DNA of 64,000 nt from Roseateles sp. (GCF_047654805.1 NZ_JASGIV010000001.1:5217259-5281258), one strand, 5' to 3'; shown: positions 29,243 through 38,132, numbered from the stretch's first letter. A program made the numbers and translations. The notes: generated by a model not told the origin, from the sequence alone.

Positions 29243-29590
29243 ATGCTTTACCAAGGAAGCTGTCACTGTGGACGCATCGCCTTTCATGTCGAAGGCGAGC
29301 TTGACGGCGTGATGAGCTGCAACTGCTCGATCTGCCAGCGCAAGGGAGCGCTGATGTGGTTCCTGCCGCGGGTGGCTCTGACGCTGCAGACGCCCGACGA
29401 GGCGGCCAGCAGCTACACCTTCAACAAGCACGTCATCCGCCACCGCTTCTGCCCCCACTGCGGCATGCATCCCTACGGCGAGGGCCGCGATCCCAAGGGC
29501 AATGAAATGGTGGCGGTGAACGTGCGTTGCCTGGAAGGAGTCGACCTCGACGTCCTTGCTGTGACACGCTACGACGGACGTGCGGCCTGA
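29243..29590 (+). CDS. GFA-family (glutathione-dependent formaldehyde-activating-like) zinc protein
   Basis: 115 aa with GSCHCGRIAF...CNCSICQRKG...RHRFCPHCG, the typical GFA/CENP-V Cys pattern. Confidence 0.8.
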   Translation: MLYQGSCHCGRIAFHVEGELDGVMSCNCSICQRKGALMWFLPRVALTLQTPDEAASSYTFNKHVIRHRFCPHCGMHPYGEGRDPKGNEMVAVNVRCLEGVDLDVLAVTRYDGRAA

Positions 29591-29605
29591 GCCCGTTCGA
29601 GGCGG

Positions 29606-29932
29606 CTAGCGGCCCGTGGCGCCGGTTGCGGCGCCGTGTGCCGCGAAGTCCGCGCGCTCCGAGGGCCTGAGCAACAGATACAGCAGCGGCCCGAACGCGC
29701 CTGTCGCAAGGGTGATGAGCGCGAACGGCCAGAACGTGCGGCCCGTGCGCTTCGCGTCGCGCCAGATGAAGCCCAGTGCGATGCATGACATGACGACCAG
29801 GTCGAGCAGCACCTGCCAGGCGCCGATGCTGCCCATGCCGGCCTGCCAGATGCCGAGATAGCCGACCTCCCACATCGCATAGCTCGAAAAGGCGCCGAAG
29901 GCGGCGAGGGCGAGGATCAGAACGGTTCGCAT
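29606..29932 (-). CDS. small membrane protein (DUF2834-like)
   Basis: 108 aa from ATG29932, with CAGGAG 6 nt upstream. It has three or four TM helices. Confidence 0.65.
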   Translation of the reverse strand: MRTVLILALAAFGAFSSYAMWEVGYLGIWQAGMGSIGAWQVLLDLVVMSCIALGFIWRDAKRTGRTFWPFALITLATGAFGPLLYLLLRPSERADFAAHGAATGATGR

Positions 29933-30042
29933 GGCAATCTCCTGCGGGTTGACGATGGCGCCATGCTCGACAGCCGCGTGCATCGCCGCAATGACCTCCG
30001 GGGTCATCGCGCCTGTGTCCGCCCGAGCCGCAGAATGGCTGC

Positions 30043-30849
30043 ATGACCGCCACCCTCGCCGCCCTGCGCAAGTCGCGCCGCGTCAGCCAGCTTGAGCTGT
30101 CGCTGCGCACCGGCGTCTCGCAACGCCACCTCAGCTGCATCGAGACCGGCCGTTCCCGAGCCGGCCGGGAGACGCTGTTCGCCCTGCTCGATGCCCTAGG
30201 CGCCACACTGGAGGAACGCAACCAGGCCCTGCTTGCCGCAGGCTATGCGCCGGCCCACGCCCAGCGCGCGCTTGACGCGCCCGAGATGGCGCCCGTGCGC
30301 GCCGCACTGGAGCAACTGATCCATGCCAATGGCGCGGCGCCGGCCCTGGTGCTGGACGGCGAGTACAACGTGGTCATGGCCAATGCCGGCCTCGCGCGAC
30401 TGCTGGCGCTGCTGGGACTACCGGCCGAGCAGCTGCTTGCCCAACCACTGAACCTGCTGCGCGCCGTCTTCGCACCGGGTGGCCTGCGTACGCTGTGCGT
30501 GGACGAGGCCTGGCTGTGCAACGAGATGTGGGCTCGGGCCAGCCGCGAGGCCGAGCACCTGCCGCGCCTGCGCGCGCTGCTCGACGAGCTGCGTCCCGAG
30601 CTGCAGCCTTGGGTCGCCACCGAGGCGGGCAACCTGCCCGTGCTGGCCTTTCGCCTGCAGGCGGCCGACGGGCGCGTGCTCAGCTTCTTCTCCACCATCA
30701 CCAGCTTCGGCACGCCGCTTGACATCACGCTGGCGTCGCTGAAGGTGGAGCACCTGTTTCCCGCCGACGAGGACACCCGATGTGCGCTGGCTGAGATTGC
30801 TGGTCCCGGCGAGCCTGAAGGATTTCCGCAACGATTTCCCTGGCCCTAG
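30043..30849 (+). CDS. XRE-family HTH regulator with an MmyB-like C-terminal domain
   Basis: The N-terminal HTH_31-like region is LRKSRRVSQLELSLRTGVSQRHLSCIETGRS. The remaining ~200 aa resemble the MmyB-like ligand-binding domain. Confidence 0.8.
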   Translation: MTATLAALRKSRRVSQLELSLRTGVSQRHLSCIETGRSRAGRETLFALLDALGATLEERNQALLAAGYAPAHAQRALDAPEMAPVRAALEQLIHANGAAPALVLDGEYNVVMANAGLARLLALLGLPAEQLLAQPLNLLRAVFAPGGLRTLCVDEAWLCNEMWARASREAEHLPRLRALLDELRPELQPWVATEAGNLPVLAFRLQAADGRVLSFFSTITSFGTPLDITLASLKVEHLFPADEDTRCALAEIAGPGEPEGFPQRFPWP

Positions 30850-31400
30850 AGGCCCGATGTGGGCATGTGCCGGAGTGCGGCGCCGACGAGATAGGTGCCG
30901 AACGCGCCCAGGGCGCACGGCAGGGGGCTTGGCCAGCGTGGACGAGCCCAGCATGCCGACCAGAAACAGATCGCGCGGCGCGGTGACTGAACGACGCTCC
31001 TGCCGGCCCATGATGCGGTCGTTTGCATCCCGGCGAGGTAGATCAGCGGTGCCAGCAATGCAACGTACTCGGCCGTGCCCGCAGCGTGCGCACATTGCGC
31101 TGACGTCGAGGTCGCTGAGGACGAGCGGGAACGCGCAGGACATCGTCCCGTCCCAGCCAGGAGGCGTGCTGCGGCGCGAACAGCTCGACGGTCAACCGGC
31201 AGTCCCCGTCGTTGTCGTGGGCGTGCCCGTCGGTCCGGGGCTCACCGGAATCTCGCAATGCACCTCTTCGTGGACGCCCGGGTGGAGGAAGGTGCAATCG
31301 AGCGCCTAGGCGCATGACTTGGCCATGGGGTTCGCTTTGCGGTGACGAATGCACTTGCCAAAACCGACGCGCCTCTCTGGAGCGCCAGGTCATCTAGGCA
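30850..31400 (-). pseudogene. degenerate region: probable frameshifted gene remnants (possible membrane-protein C-terminus)
   Basis: No intact ORF has a plausible composition. Minus-strand frames alternate between membrane-like snippets (GTAEYVALLAPLIYLAGMQT / DLFLVGMLGSSTLAK / ALGAFGTYLVGAAL), and each is interrupted by a frame change. Confidence 0.3.
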
Positions 31401-31417
31401 GTATCCCTGATGGTCAT

Positions 31418-31446
31418 CGATTTGTTAGTTGTAAACAATACTAATA
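31418..31446 (+). promoter_or_regulatory. AT-rich putative operator/promoter immediately upstream of the TrmB-like regulator
   Basis: This is the lowest-GC stretch I noticed in the window (cgatttgttagttgtaaacaatactaata). It contains TTAGT-N10-ACTAA (31425-31444) and TTGT-AA-ACAA inverted repeats that abut ATG31447. No Shine-Dalgarno is visible. Confidence 0.35.
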
Positions 31447-32280
31447 ATGAGTGATGACGATCTACAGGGCCGGGCGCTGCTTCCGTTCGGTTTCACCGAA
31501 CTGGAGTCGCGGGTGTACTGCGCCCTGCTGAGCCAATCGCCAGCGACGGGGTACAAGCTGGCACGCGCCGTCGGCAAGGCGGCCGCCAACACCTACCAGG
31601 CGCTCGCCGTGCTGGTTCAGAAGGGCGCGGTCATCGGCGATGAGTCCGAACCGCGCAGCTTCCGGCCCGTGCCGCCCGCCGAACTCTTCTCGCGCCTGCG
31701 GCATTCGTTCGACGAGCAGGCGCAGGTGGCCGAGCAGCGCCTGTCAGCGCTGTTCGCTCCATCGCCGGAGGACCGGCTCTATCAGCTGAAGAACCTGCCA
31801 CAGGCGCTGGAGCGCGCTCGCACGCTGATTGCCAGTGCCCGCGAGACCTTGCTGTTCGACTTGTTCCCTATGCCGCTAGCGCAGCTGCGCCCGGAACTGG
31901 ATGCGGCCCATGCGCGCGGCGTGCTGGTGGGCGGCACGACGTACGAGCCGCTGGGCGATGCGGGCTTCACGCACCTGTTGTCGCCGGGCGCCGGCTCAGT
32001 CGCCGAGCGCTGGCCGGGCCACCAGATCACGTTGATCGCAGACGGCCGCGAAGTCCTGCTGGCCTTGGTGGCGCCCAACGGGCTTTCGCTGCACCACGGT
32101 TTCTGGAGCGATTCGGCCTACTTGGCCTGCCTGCACCACTCCGGCCTGGCGGCCGAGATGCGGCTGTCGGCGACGCTGGCAGAAGGGGCGACAGACCCCT
32201 TGCGCCGCTTTGGCCTGCTGAGCGCGGCGCCTGACGGGTTGCGCGGGCTGGTGGGGCGCGAACCGGAGTCCGTTGCATGA
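31447..32280 (+). CDS. TrmB-family transcriptional regulator
   Basis: 277 aa. The N-terminal wHTH is FGFTELESRVYCALLSQSPATGYKLARAVGKAAANTYQALAVLVQKGAV, and the protein has a long C-terminal domain as in TrmB-type regulators. Confidence 0.8.
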   Translation: MSDDDLQGRALLPFGFTELESRVYCALLSQSPATGYKLARAVGKAAANTYQALAVLVQKGAVIGDESEPRSFRPVPPAELFSRLRHSFDEQAQVAEQRLSALFAPSPEDRLYQLKNLPQALERARTLIASARETLLFDLFPMPLAQLRPELDAAHARGVLVGGTTYEPLGDAGFTHLLSPGAGSVAERWPGHQITLIADGREVLLALVAPNGLSLHHGFWSDSAYLACLHHSGLAAEMRLSATLAEGATDPLRRFGLLSAAPDGLRGLVGREPESVA

Positions 32281-33548
32281 CCTCGCGATCGTCGCTTCTT
32301 CCGAAAGCCGCCGCGTCCTGGCGAGTGCTGCTGGTTGTCGCTGCACTGCACCTGGCGGGGACGGTACGGGCCGAGCCGCTGTCGTTGCAGCAGGCACTGA
32401 GCAGCAACGATGTGGAGCGCCTGGAACAGCTGGCCAAGTCCTCGGGGCTGCAGGCTGGCGTGGCCCGGGCAGTGGCCTTGTCGCTGCGCCACCGGGACAC
32501 GCAGGCACGGCCCGCGCTGGAGCTTGCTGTCGCATCTGTGGCCGCTCCAGAGGAGCGCTTCGCGGCGCTGCAGGAGCTTGCGGCCCTGAACACGCGCCAG
32601 GGGCGCTATCAGACGGCTGCGCAGGCGCTGGATGCTGCCGCCCGGCTCAAGCCGCTGGATCGGGAGAGCGAGCAGGCGCGCAGCTTCCTGCACGCGCTGG
32701 CAGCGGTGCCGCCAATGCGGGTAGAGGCTTCGCCCCGGGCGCGCTTGCCCGTGACGCGTGACGCGGCTGGCCTGGCCCGCGTCAATGGCAGTGTGGCGGG
32801 CGGGGCACAGGATTTCGTCGTCGACACCGGCGCGGCGTTCTCTACGGTGACCGTTTCGGCCGCAAAGCGGCTCGGTTTGCAGATGCTGGACACCGAGGCC
32901 AGCGTTGGCGGCGTCGCCCGCGATGCAGTGGCGACCCGCTTCGCGGTGGGGGCGGAGCTGCGGCTGGGCCAGGCAGTCCTGCACGACGTCGTATTCATCG
33001 TGCTGCCGGACGAAGCGCTCAGTTTCGCCGGCGGCGCCTACCGAATCGACGCGATCCTGGGCCTGCCGGTCTTCCTTCAGCTGGGGCGCCTGGCCATCGA
33101 GACGCGCGACGGGCAGGAGCAGCTGATGCTCGGGGCCGCCGCACCGACCACGACGCAGGCTCCGAACCTCATCCTGAGCGGGGTGCAGCCACTGTTGCTG
33201 GCGCGCAGCGAGGCGGCAGGGCAGACCTTGCGCCTGTTCGTGGACACCGGTGCACGCAGCAGCCAGCTGTTTCGCAATGCCGCCGACGAGTCGCCGTTGC
33301 TGATGAAGGGCGCAGCCGCTCGACCACACACGCTCAGCGGTGCCGGAGGCTCCAGCACCGACGACGAGGCGCGCGTGCTGCCGCGGCTGGATCTGCGGCT
33401 CGGCGACAGCGTCGTCGAACTGCACGATGTCGTGCTGCTGTCCAAGGCCGCCACCGACCGGCACGGCGCGGTGGGTCAGGATCTGCTGCGCCAGGGGCAT
33501 GGCTACGTGATGGACTTCGAGCGCATGTGCCTGATCCTGCTGCGCTAG
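32277..33548 (+). CDS. secreted retropepsin-like aspartic protease with two DTG motifs in one chain
   Basis: 423 aa with an ATGA overlap with the regulator. It has a signal peptide (WRVLLVVAALHLAGTVRAEP) and a helical N-terminal region. Two aspartyl-protease signatures follow: DFVVDTGAAFSTV and RLFVDTGARSSQL. Confidence 0.8.
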   Translation: MTSRSSLLPKAAASWRVLLVVAALHLAGTVRAEPLSLQQALSSNDVERLEQLAKSSGLQAGVARAVALSLRHRDTQARPALELAVASVAAPEERFAALQELAALNTRQGRYQTAAQALDAAARLKPLDRESEQARSFLHALAAVPPMRVEASPRARLPVTRDAAGLARVNGSVAGGAQDFVVDTGAAFSTVTVSAAKRLGLQMLDTEASVGGVARDAVATRFAVGAELRLGQAVLHDVVFIVLPDEALSFAGGAYRIDAILGLPVFLQLGRLAIETRDGQEQLMLGAAAPTTTQAPNLILSGVQPLLLARSEAAGQTLRLFVDTGARSSQLFRNAADESPLLMKGAAARPHTLSGAGGSSTDDEARVLPRLDLRLGDSVVELHDVVLLSKAATDRHGAVGQDLLRQGHGYVMDFERMCLILLR

Positions 33549-33636
33549 CGCGCGCCACGCCCACCCACCCAACATCACGACCGAGGCCCATGCAAGCCCC
33601 CAACGTCCTTGCTGCTGGGCAGCCCGGCATGCGGCT

Positions 33637-34476
33637 ATGAGTGCAAGGGTCCTGCATGCACCAGCCGGGTGGCGGGCTCGCATTCGCAGGCGCCCGGTGC
33701 TGTGCTTCTACTTGCTGACGCTCGGGCTGTCCTGGAGCTACTGGCTCGGCCTGCTGGCTATGGGGCAGCGGGTAGGGCCGGGCTCGCCAGCGACGCACTT
33801 CCCGGGGCTGCTCGGGCCACTGGTCGCGGCGCTGATCGTCGTAGCGCTCGAATCCGGGCCGCAGGGGGTGTGGCGCTGGATCGGTCTGGCCTTCCGGTGG
33901 CCAGGTCTGCCGCTCTGGTGGCAAGGGCTCTCGCCGCTGCTGCTCGGAGCGCTCGCCTTCAGCCTCCTGCGCCTTGCCGGACATGCCTGGCCGGAGGTGT
34001 CGGAGTTCACCCGCTTTCCCGGCCTGCCGCAAGGATGGCCGCTGGCGGCGGTGATGATCGTGATCCTGGTGGTGAACGGCCTCGGCGAGGAGGGCGGCTG
34101 GCGCGGCTTCGCCCTGCCGCGGCTGCTCCAGAGGCATGGCCGCTTTGGCGCGACCTGGCGCGTCTGGGCCCTCTGGGCGCTGTGGCACGCGCCGCTGTTC
34201 TGGCTCAATCAGAGCATGCACGCCATGCTCGGTCCGACCCTGCTGGGGTGGGCCCTCGGCCTGTTCTGCGGCGCCTTCGTGTTGGCTCAGCTGCAGTTGC
34301 GCAGCGCCGGCAGCGTGCTGCCTGTTGCCCTCTGGCATGCCAGCTACAACCTGATGGTGGCTTCCGGGGCCGGAGTGGGCAGCGCCGCCATGCTGTGCAG
34401 TGCGGCGGTGATGGCATGGGGGATGGTCGTGGCGCGCCTCTGGTGGCGGGACGAGCGTGGGGGCGCACACGTGTAG
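33637..34476 (+). CDS. CPBP-family (CAAX/Abi-type) intramembrane glutamic endopeptidase
   Basis: 279 aa, polytopic. Motif 1 is GLGEEGGWRGFALPRL, followed by FWLNQ and LWHASYN (HxxxN). Confidence 0.85.
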   Translation: MSARVLHAPAGWRARIRRRPVLCFYLLTLGLSWSYWLGLLAMGQRVGPGSPATHFPGLLGPLVAALIVVALESGPQGVWRWIGLAFRWPGLPLWWQGLSPLLLGALAFSLLRLAGHAWPEVSEFTRFPGLPQGWPLAAVMIVILVVNGLGEEGGWRGFALPRLLQRHGRFGATWRVWALWALWHAPLFWLNQSMHAMLGPTLLGWALGLFCGAFVLAQLQLRSAGSVLPVALWHASYNLMVASGAGVGSAAMLCSAAVMAWGMVVARLWWRDERGGAHV

Positions 34477-34556
34477 GCAAGGCGCCTGCAGTCTTGCGCC
34501 GGTATCTGTCGCAGGCGCGCTATCGTTGCCGCCCTTAGCAAGCCACGTCCTGACCC

Positions 34557-35078
34557 ATGCCCCGCTATGTCGCCCTGCTTCGCGGAGTCAGTCCGATGAA
34601 CTGCCGGATGGCGGTCCTCAAGCGCTGCCTGGAGGCGGCCGGCTTCACGGACGTGAAGACGCTGCTGAGCAGCGGCAATGTCGCCTTCAGCACGCCACGG
34701 GCGGCCTCGGCGGCGGCGCTTCAGAAGCGCGTCGAGACCGCAATGCTGGCAGGCGCTGGCTACCGATTCGCGACCATCGTGCGCAGCACCGCGCACCTGC
34801 AGCAGCTGCTCCACGCCCAACCGTTCGCGCGGCACGAGTTGCCGGCGGGCGGCAAGTGCGTCGTGACCTTCTTGCGCGAGCCCGATGCGGTGGTGGAGGT
34901 CGAGCTGCCCCTCACGCTGGACGATGCCACCGTGCTCGAGCGCAGCGGTGGCGAGGTTTTCTGCGTCTACGTGCCCAACGACAAGGGGCCGGCCTTCATG
35001 CGGCTGCTGGAGAAGGCCTTCGGCAAGTCCATCACGACGCGCACGCTGGACACCGTAGCCCGCTGCGCAGAGGCCTGA
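34557..35078 (+). CDS. DUF1697-family protein
   Basis: 173 aa. The N-terminus YVALLRGVSPMNCRMAVLKRCLEAAGFTDVKTLLSSGNVAF is characteristic of DUF1697. Confidence 0.75.
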   Translation: MPRYVALLRGVSPMNCRMAVLKRCLEAAGFTDVKTLLSSGNVAFSTPRAASAAALQKRVETAMLAGAGYRFATIVRSTAHLQQLLHAQPFARHELPAGGKCVVTFLREPDAVVEVELPLTLDDATVLERSGGEVFCVYVPNDKGPAFMRLLEKAFGKSITTRTLDTVARCAEA

Positions 35079-35100
35079 CGCTGCCGCCGTCCGCCGCGTC

Positions 35101-36405
35101 TCAGTCCTCGCCGGCCTCGGGAAGATGGATCAGCCCGGTGTGGAAGTCGTACTCGAAGACCTCGCCGTAGCGCGCCCATTCGATGGCCACGCGCAGCACG
35201 CGCTCCGCCTCGGCGGCGTCCATGCTGTCCATCAGCAGCTTCAGGAAGGGCTCTTCCTTCAACTCGCCGTGGGCCTCCTGCTCAAGGCTGTGGCGGATGA
35301 AGGTTGCCAGCGGCACATGTGCGAGCAACTGCTGGCCGAAGATCTCGCGACGGAACTCGTGGCTTCCCTCGACGTAGCGATGACCCAGCGGCGTCATCAG
35401 CAGATCGCCGCCGCTGAGCTGCGCCAGGCCCAGGCGATGCAGTGCATCGGCCAGCGGCAGCACGGCCTCGTCGGTGAGCTCGCTTTCCTCCACCAGTTGC
35501 GGCAGGTCGGCGCGGCCTTTGAAGGGGTCGTCGGCCAGCAGCTCCAGCAGGCTCTCCATGCGGCCCACCTCGGCTTCGGGCAGGCGATCGGACAGGTGCG
35601 GCTTTGCGGGCTCCCCGGCAGCGCCCGGGATGCCGCCAACAGGCGTGGCACTGGTCATCAGCTTGTAGACCTCGTCGATGAGCAGCCGCACCTCCGCACT
35701 GTCGGCGCGGCGCGGGCGTGGCAGCGTGATGGGAAGTTCGGCGCGCACGCGGCCCGGGTTGCTCGCGAAGATCAGCACGCGGTCGGCCATCATGACGGCC
35801 TCCTCGATGTTGTGCGAGACGACGAGCATCGCCTGCGTGGGCATCTGGCCGCCGTCCCACAGCTCCAGGATCTCGTTGCGCAGTCGCTCTCCGGTCAGCA
35901 CGTCCAGCGCCGAGAAGGCCTCGTCCATCAGCAGCACGGCCGGCTGCATGACCAGCGCCCGCGCCAGGCCCACGCGCTGGCGCATGCCGCCCGACAGCTC
36001 GCGCGGCAGGGCGCCCTCGAAGCCTGCGAGGCCGATCAGCTCGATGGCGGCTTCGGCGCGCTGTGCGCGTTCCGTCTCGCCGACGCCGGCCGCCTCCAGG
36101 CCCAGCTCGACGTTCTGCTGCACGGTCAGCCAGGGAAACAGGGCGAAGCTCTGGAACACCATCGCGATGCCATGGGCAGGGCCGAACAGCGGCTGGCCGC
36201 GGTAGTGCACGTCGCCGGCATCAGCCGGGATCAGGCCTGCCATGATGCGCAGCAGCGTGCTCTTGCCTGAGCCCGACTGGCCCAGCAGCGCGACGATCTC
36301 GCCCTTGGCCAGCGTGAAGTCCACGCGCTCCAGCACCGTGCGCAGGCTGCCGTCTGCGGACTTGAAGCCCTTGGCGACGTCCTTCAGTTCGATCAAGGTG
36401 TCCAT
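35101..36405 (-). CDS. ABC transporter ATP-binding protein (NitT/TauT-type) with a C-terminal accessory domain
   Basis: Walker A LLGQSGSGKSTLLRIM, signature LSGGMRQRVGLARAL, Walker B LLMDEAFSALD. A ~180-aa C-terminal extension follows. Confidence 0.9.
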   Translation of the reverse strand: MDTLIELKDVAKGFKSADGSLRTVLERVDFTLAKGEIVALLGQSGSGKSTLLRIMAGLIPADAGDVHYRGQPLFGPAHGIAMVFQSFALFPWLTVQQNVELGLEAAGVGETERAQRAEAAIELIGLAGFEGALPRELSGGMRQRVGLARALVMQPAVLLMDEAFSALDVLTGERLRNEILELWDGGQMPTQAMLVVSHNIEEAVMMADRVLIFASNPGRVRAELPITLPRPRRADSAEVRLLIDEVYKLMTSATPVGGIPGAAGEPAKPHLSDRLPEAEVGRMESLLELLADDPFKGRADLPQLVEESELTDEAVLPLADALHRLGLAQLSGGDLLMTPLGHRYVEGSHEFRREIFGQQLLAHVPLATFIRHSLEQEAHGELKEEPFLKLLMDSMDAAEAERVLRVAIEWARYGEVFEYDFHTGLIHLPEAGED

Positions 36406-38132
36406 CAGAAGTGCATCCTTTCTTCAGCGATGCGGTACAGCCTGCGCCAGACCCAGTGGTTGAGCGCCATCACGAAGATGCACATGACGCCGATGCCCAG
36501 CGCGATGCGCGGGAAGTCGCCCGCCGTCGTCATCTGCTGGATGTAGCTGCCCAGGCCCGCCGCCTGCAGCTTGGTGTCGCCCCAGGTCACGTACTCGGCC
36601 ACGATGCTGGCGTTCCAGGAACCGCCGCTGGCCGTGATGGCACCAGTGACGAAGCTCGGGAAGATGGCCGGCAGCAGGTAGCGCCGCCAGGCCAGCCAGC
36701 CCTTCAGCCCGAGGTTCTGCGCGGCCAGGCGCAGCTCGGTCGGGATGGTGGAGGCGCCCGCCACGACGTTGAAGAGCAGGTACCACTGCGTGCCGAGGAT
36801 GATGAGCGGTGACAGCCAGATGTCGGGGTCCAGCCGGTACTTGACGATGACGAGGACGGCCACCGGGAAGACCAGGTTGGACGGGAAGGCAGCGAGGAAC
36901 TGCGCGATGGCCTGCACACGGCCGGCGATGCGCGGATTCAGGCCAATCCACACGCCTATGGGCACCCAGATCAGCGACGCGACCGCGATCAGCAGCAGCA
37001 CGCGTGCCAGCGTGTGCAAGCCGAGGCGGAAGACATGCGCGGCTTCGCCCCAGCCGACTTCGGTGTGGATGAAGCTCACCAGGCGCCAGATCGCGAACAG
37101 CACGAGGGCGGCGACCACCGCATCCCAGGCACGTGCCCACAACGGGTTGGGCGCGCGCGGTCGGGCGCGGATGGAGCGACCGTCGTAGCGCCGCTTCAGC
37201 GGCGCGAAGCTGGCGGTGATCCAGCGTCCCGGCCAAGTCCCCAGCCTTTGCAGCAGCTCGGTGCGGCGCAGCCAGGTCAGCAGCCAGGACTGCGGTGCAT
37301 GCTCGCTGCCGGACTCCTCGAAGCGGAAGCGGTCGGCCCAGGCCAGCAGCGGCCTGAAGAACAGCTGGTCATACAGCAGGATGCCTATCAGCATGCCCAG
37401 GATGGCCCAGCCGATGGCGCCCAGGTCGCGGGCCTCGATGGCGACTGCGATGTAGGAGCCCACGCCGGGCAGCTTGATGTCCTGGCCCGCCACCGAGATG
37501 GCCTCTGCTGCGACGACGAAGAACCAGCCGCCGCTCATGCTCATCATCATGTTCCACAGCAGTCCCGGCATCGCGAACGGCAGCTCCAGCCGCCAGAAGC
37601 GCTGCCAGCCCGACAGCTGGAAGATGCGCGCTGCCTCCTGCAGCTCCGCAGGCACCGTGCGCAGCGACTGGTAGAGGCTGAAGGCCATGTTCCAGGCCTG
37701 CGACGTGAAGATCGCGAACAGCGCGGCCAGTTCCACCCCCAGCAGGTTGCCGGGAAACAGCGCGATGAAAGGCGCCACGGCAATTGCCTGGAAGCCCAGG
37801 ATGGGTATGGACTGCAGGATGTCCAGCAGCGGCACCAGCACCTTCTCGGCCGCGCGCACCTTGGCCGCCAGCACGGCGAACACGCAGGCGAACACGACAG
37901 ATGCCGCGAGCGCGATGAACATGCGCAGCGTCGTGCGCAGCAGGTAGTAGGGCAGCCAGGCGACGTCCAGTGTCAGCGGCAGCGGCTCGCCGAGGTGGAA
38001 GGGCCGGGTCATCTGGGAAGCAGCAAGTCCCAGCAGGCTTAGGACAGCGAGGACGAGCGGCAGCAACGCCCAATCCCAACGATTGAACGTGGCCTCGACG
38101 GCGGGGCGGGGGAAGAAGCGGCGGGCTGGCAT
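36405..38132 (-). CDS. ABC transporter permease, fused double BPD-type transmembrane domains
   Basis: 575 aa with about 12 TM helices in two halves. Its stop overlaps the ATPase start by 1 nt (TGATG). Confidence 0.88.
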   Translation of the reverse strand: MPARRFFPRPAVEATFNRWDWALLPLVLAVLSLLGLAASQMTRPFHLGEPLPLTLDVAWLPYYLLRTTLRMFIALAASVVFACVFAVLAAKVRAAEKVLVPLLDILQSIPILGFQAIAVAPFIALFPGNLLGVELAALFAIFTSQAWNMAFSLYQSLRTVPAELQEAARIFQLSGWQRFWRLELPFAMPGLLWNMMMSMSGGWFFVVAAEAISVAGQDIKLPGVGSYIAVAIEARDLGAIGWAILGMLIGILLYDQLFFRPLLAWADRFRFEESGSEHAPQSWLLTWLRRTELLQRLGTWPGRWITASFAPLKRRYDGRSIRARPRAPNPLWARAWDAVVAALVLFAIWRLVSFIHTEVGWGEAAHVFRLGLHTLARVLLLIAVASLIWVPIGVWIGLNPRIAGRVQAIAQFLAAFPSNLVFPVAVLVIVKYRLDPDIWLSPLIILGTQWYLLFNVVAGASTIPTELRLAAQNLGLKGWLAWRRYLLPAIFPSFVTGAITASGGSWNASIVAEYVTWGDTKLQAAGLGSYIQQMTTAGDFPRIALGIGVMCIFVMALNHWVWRRLYRIAEERMHF

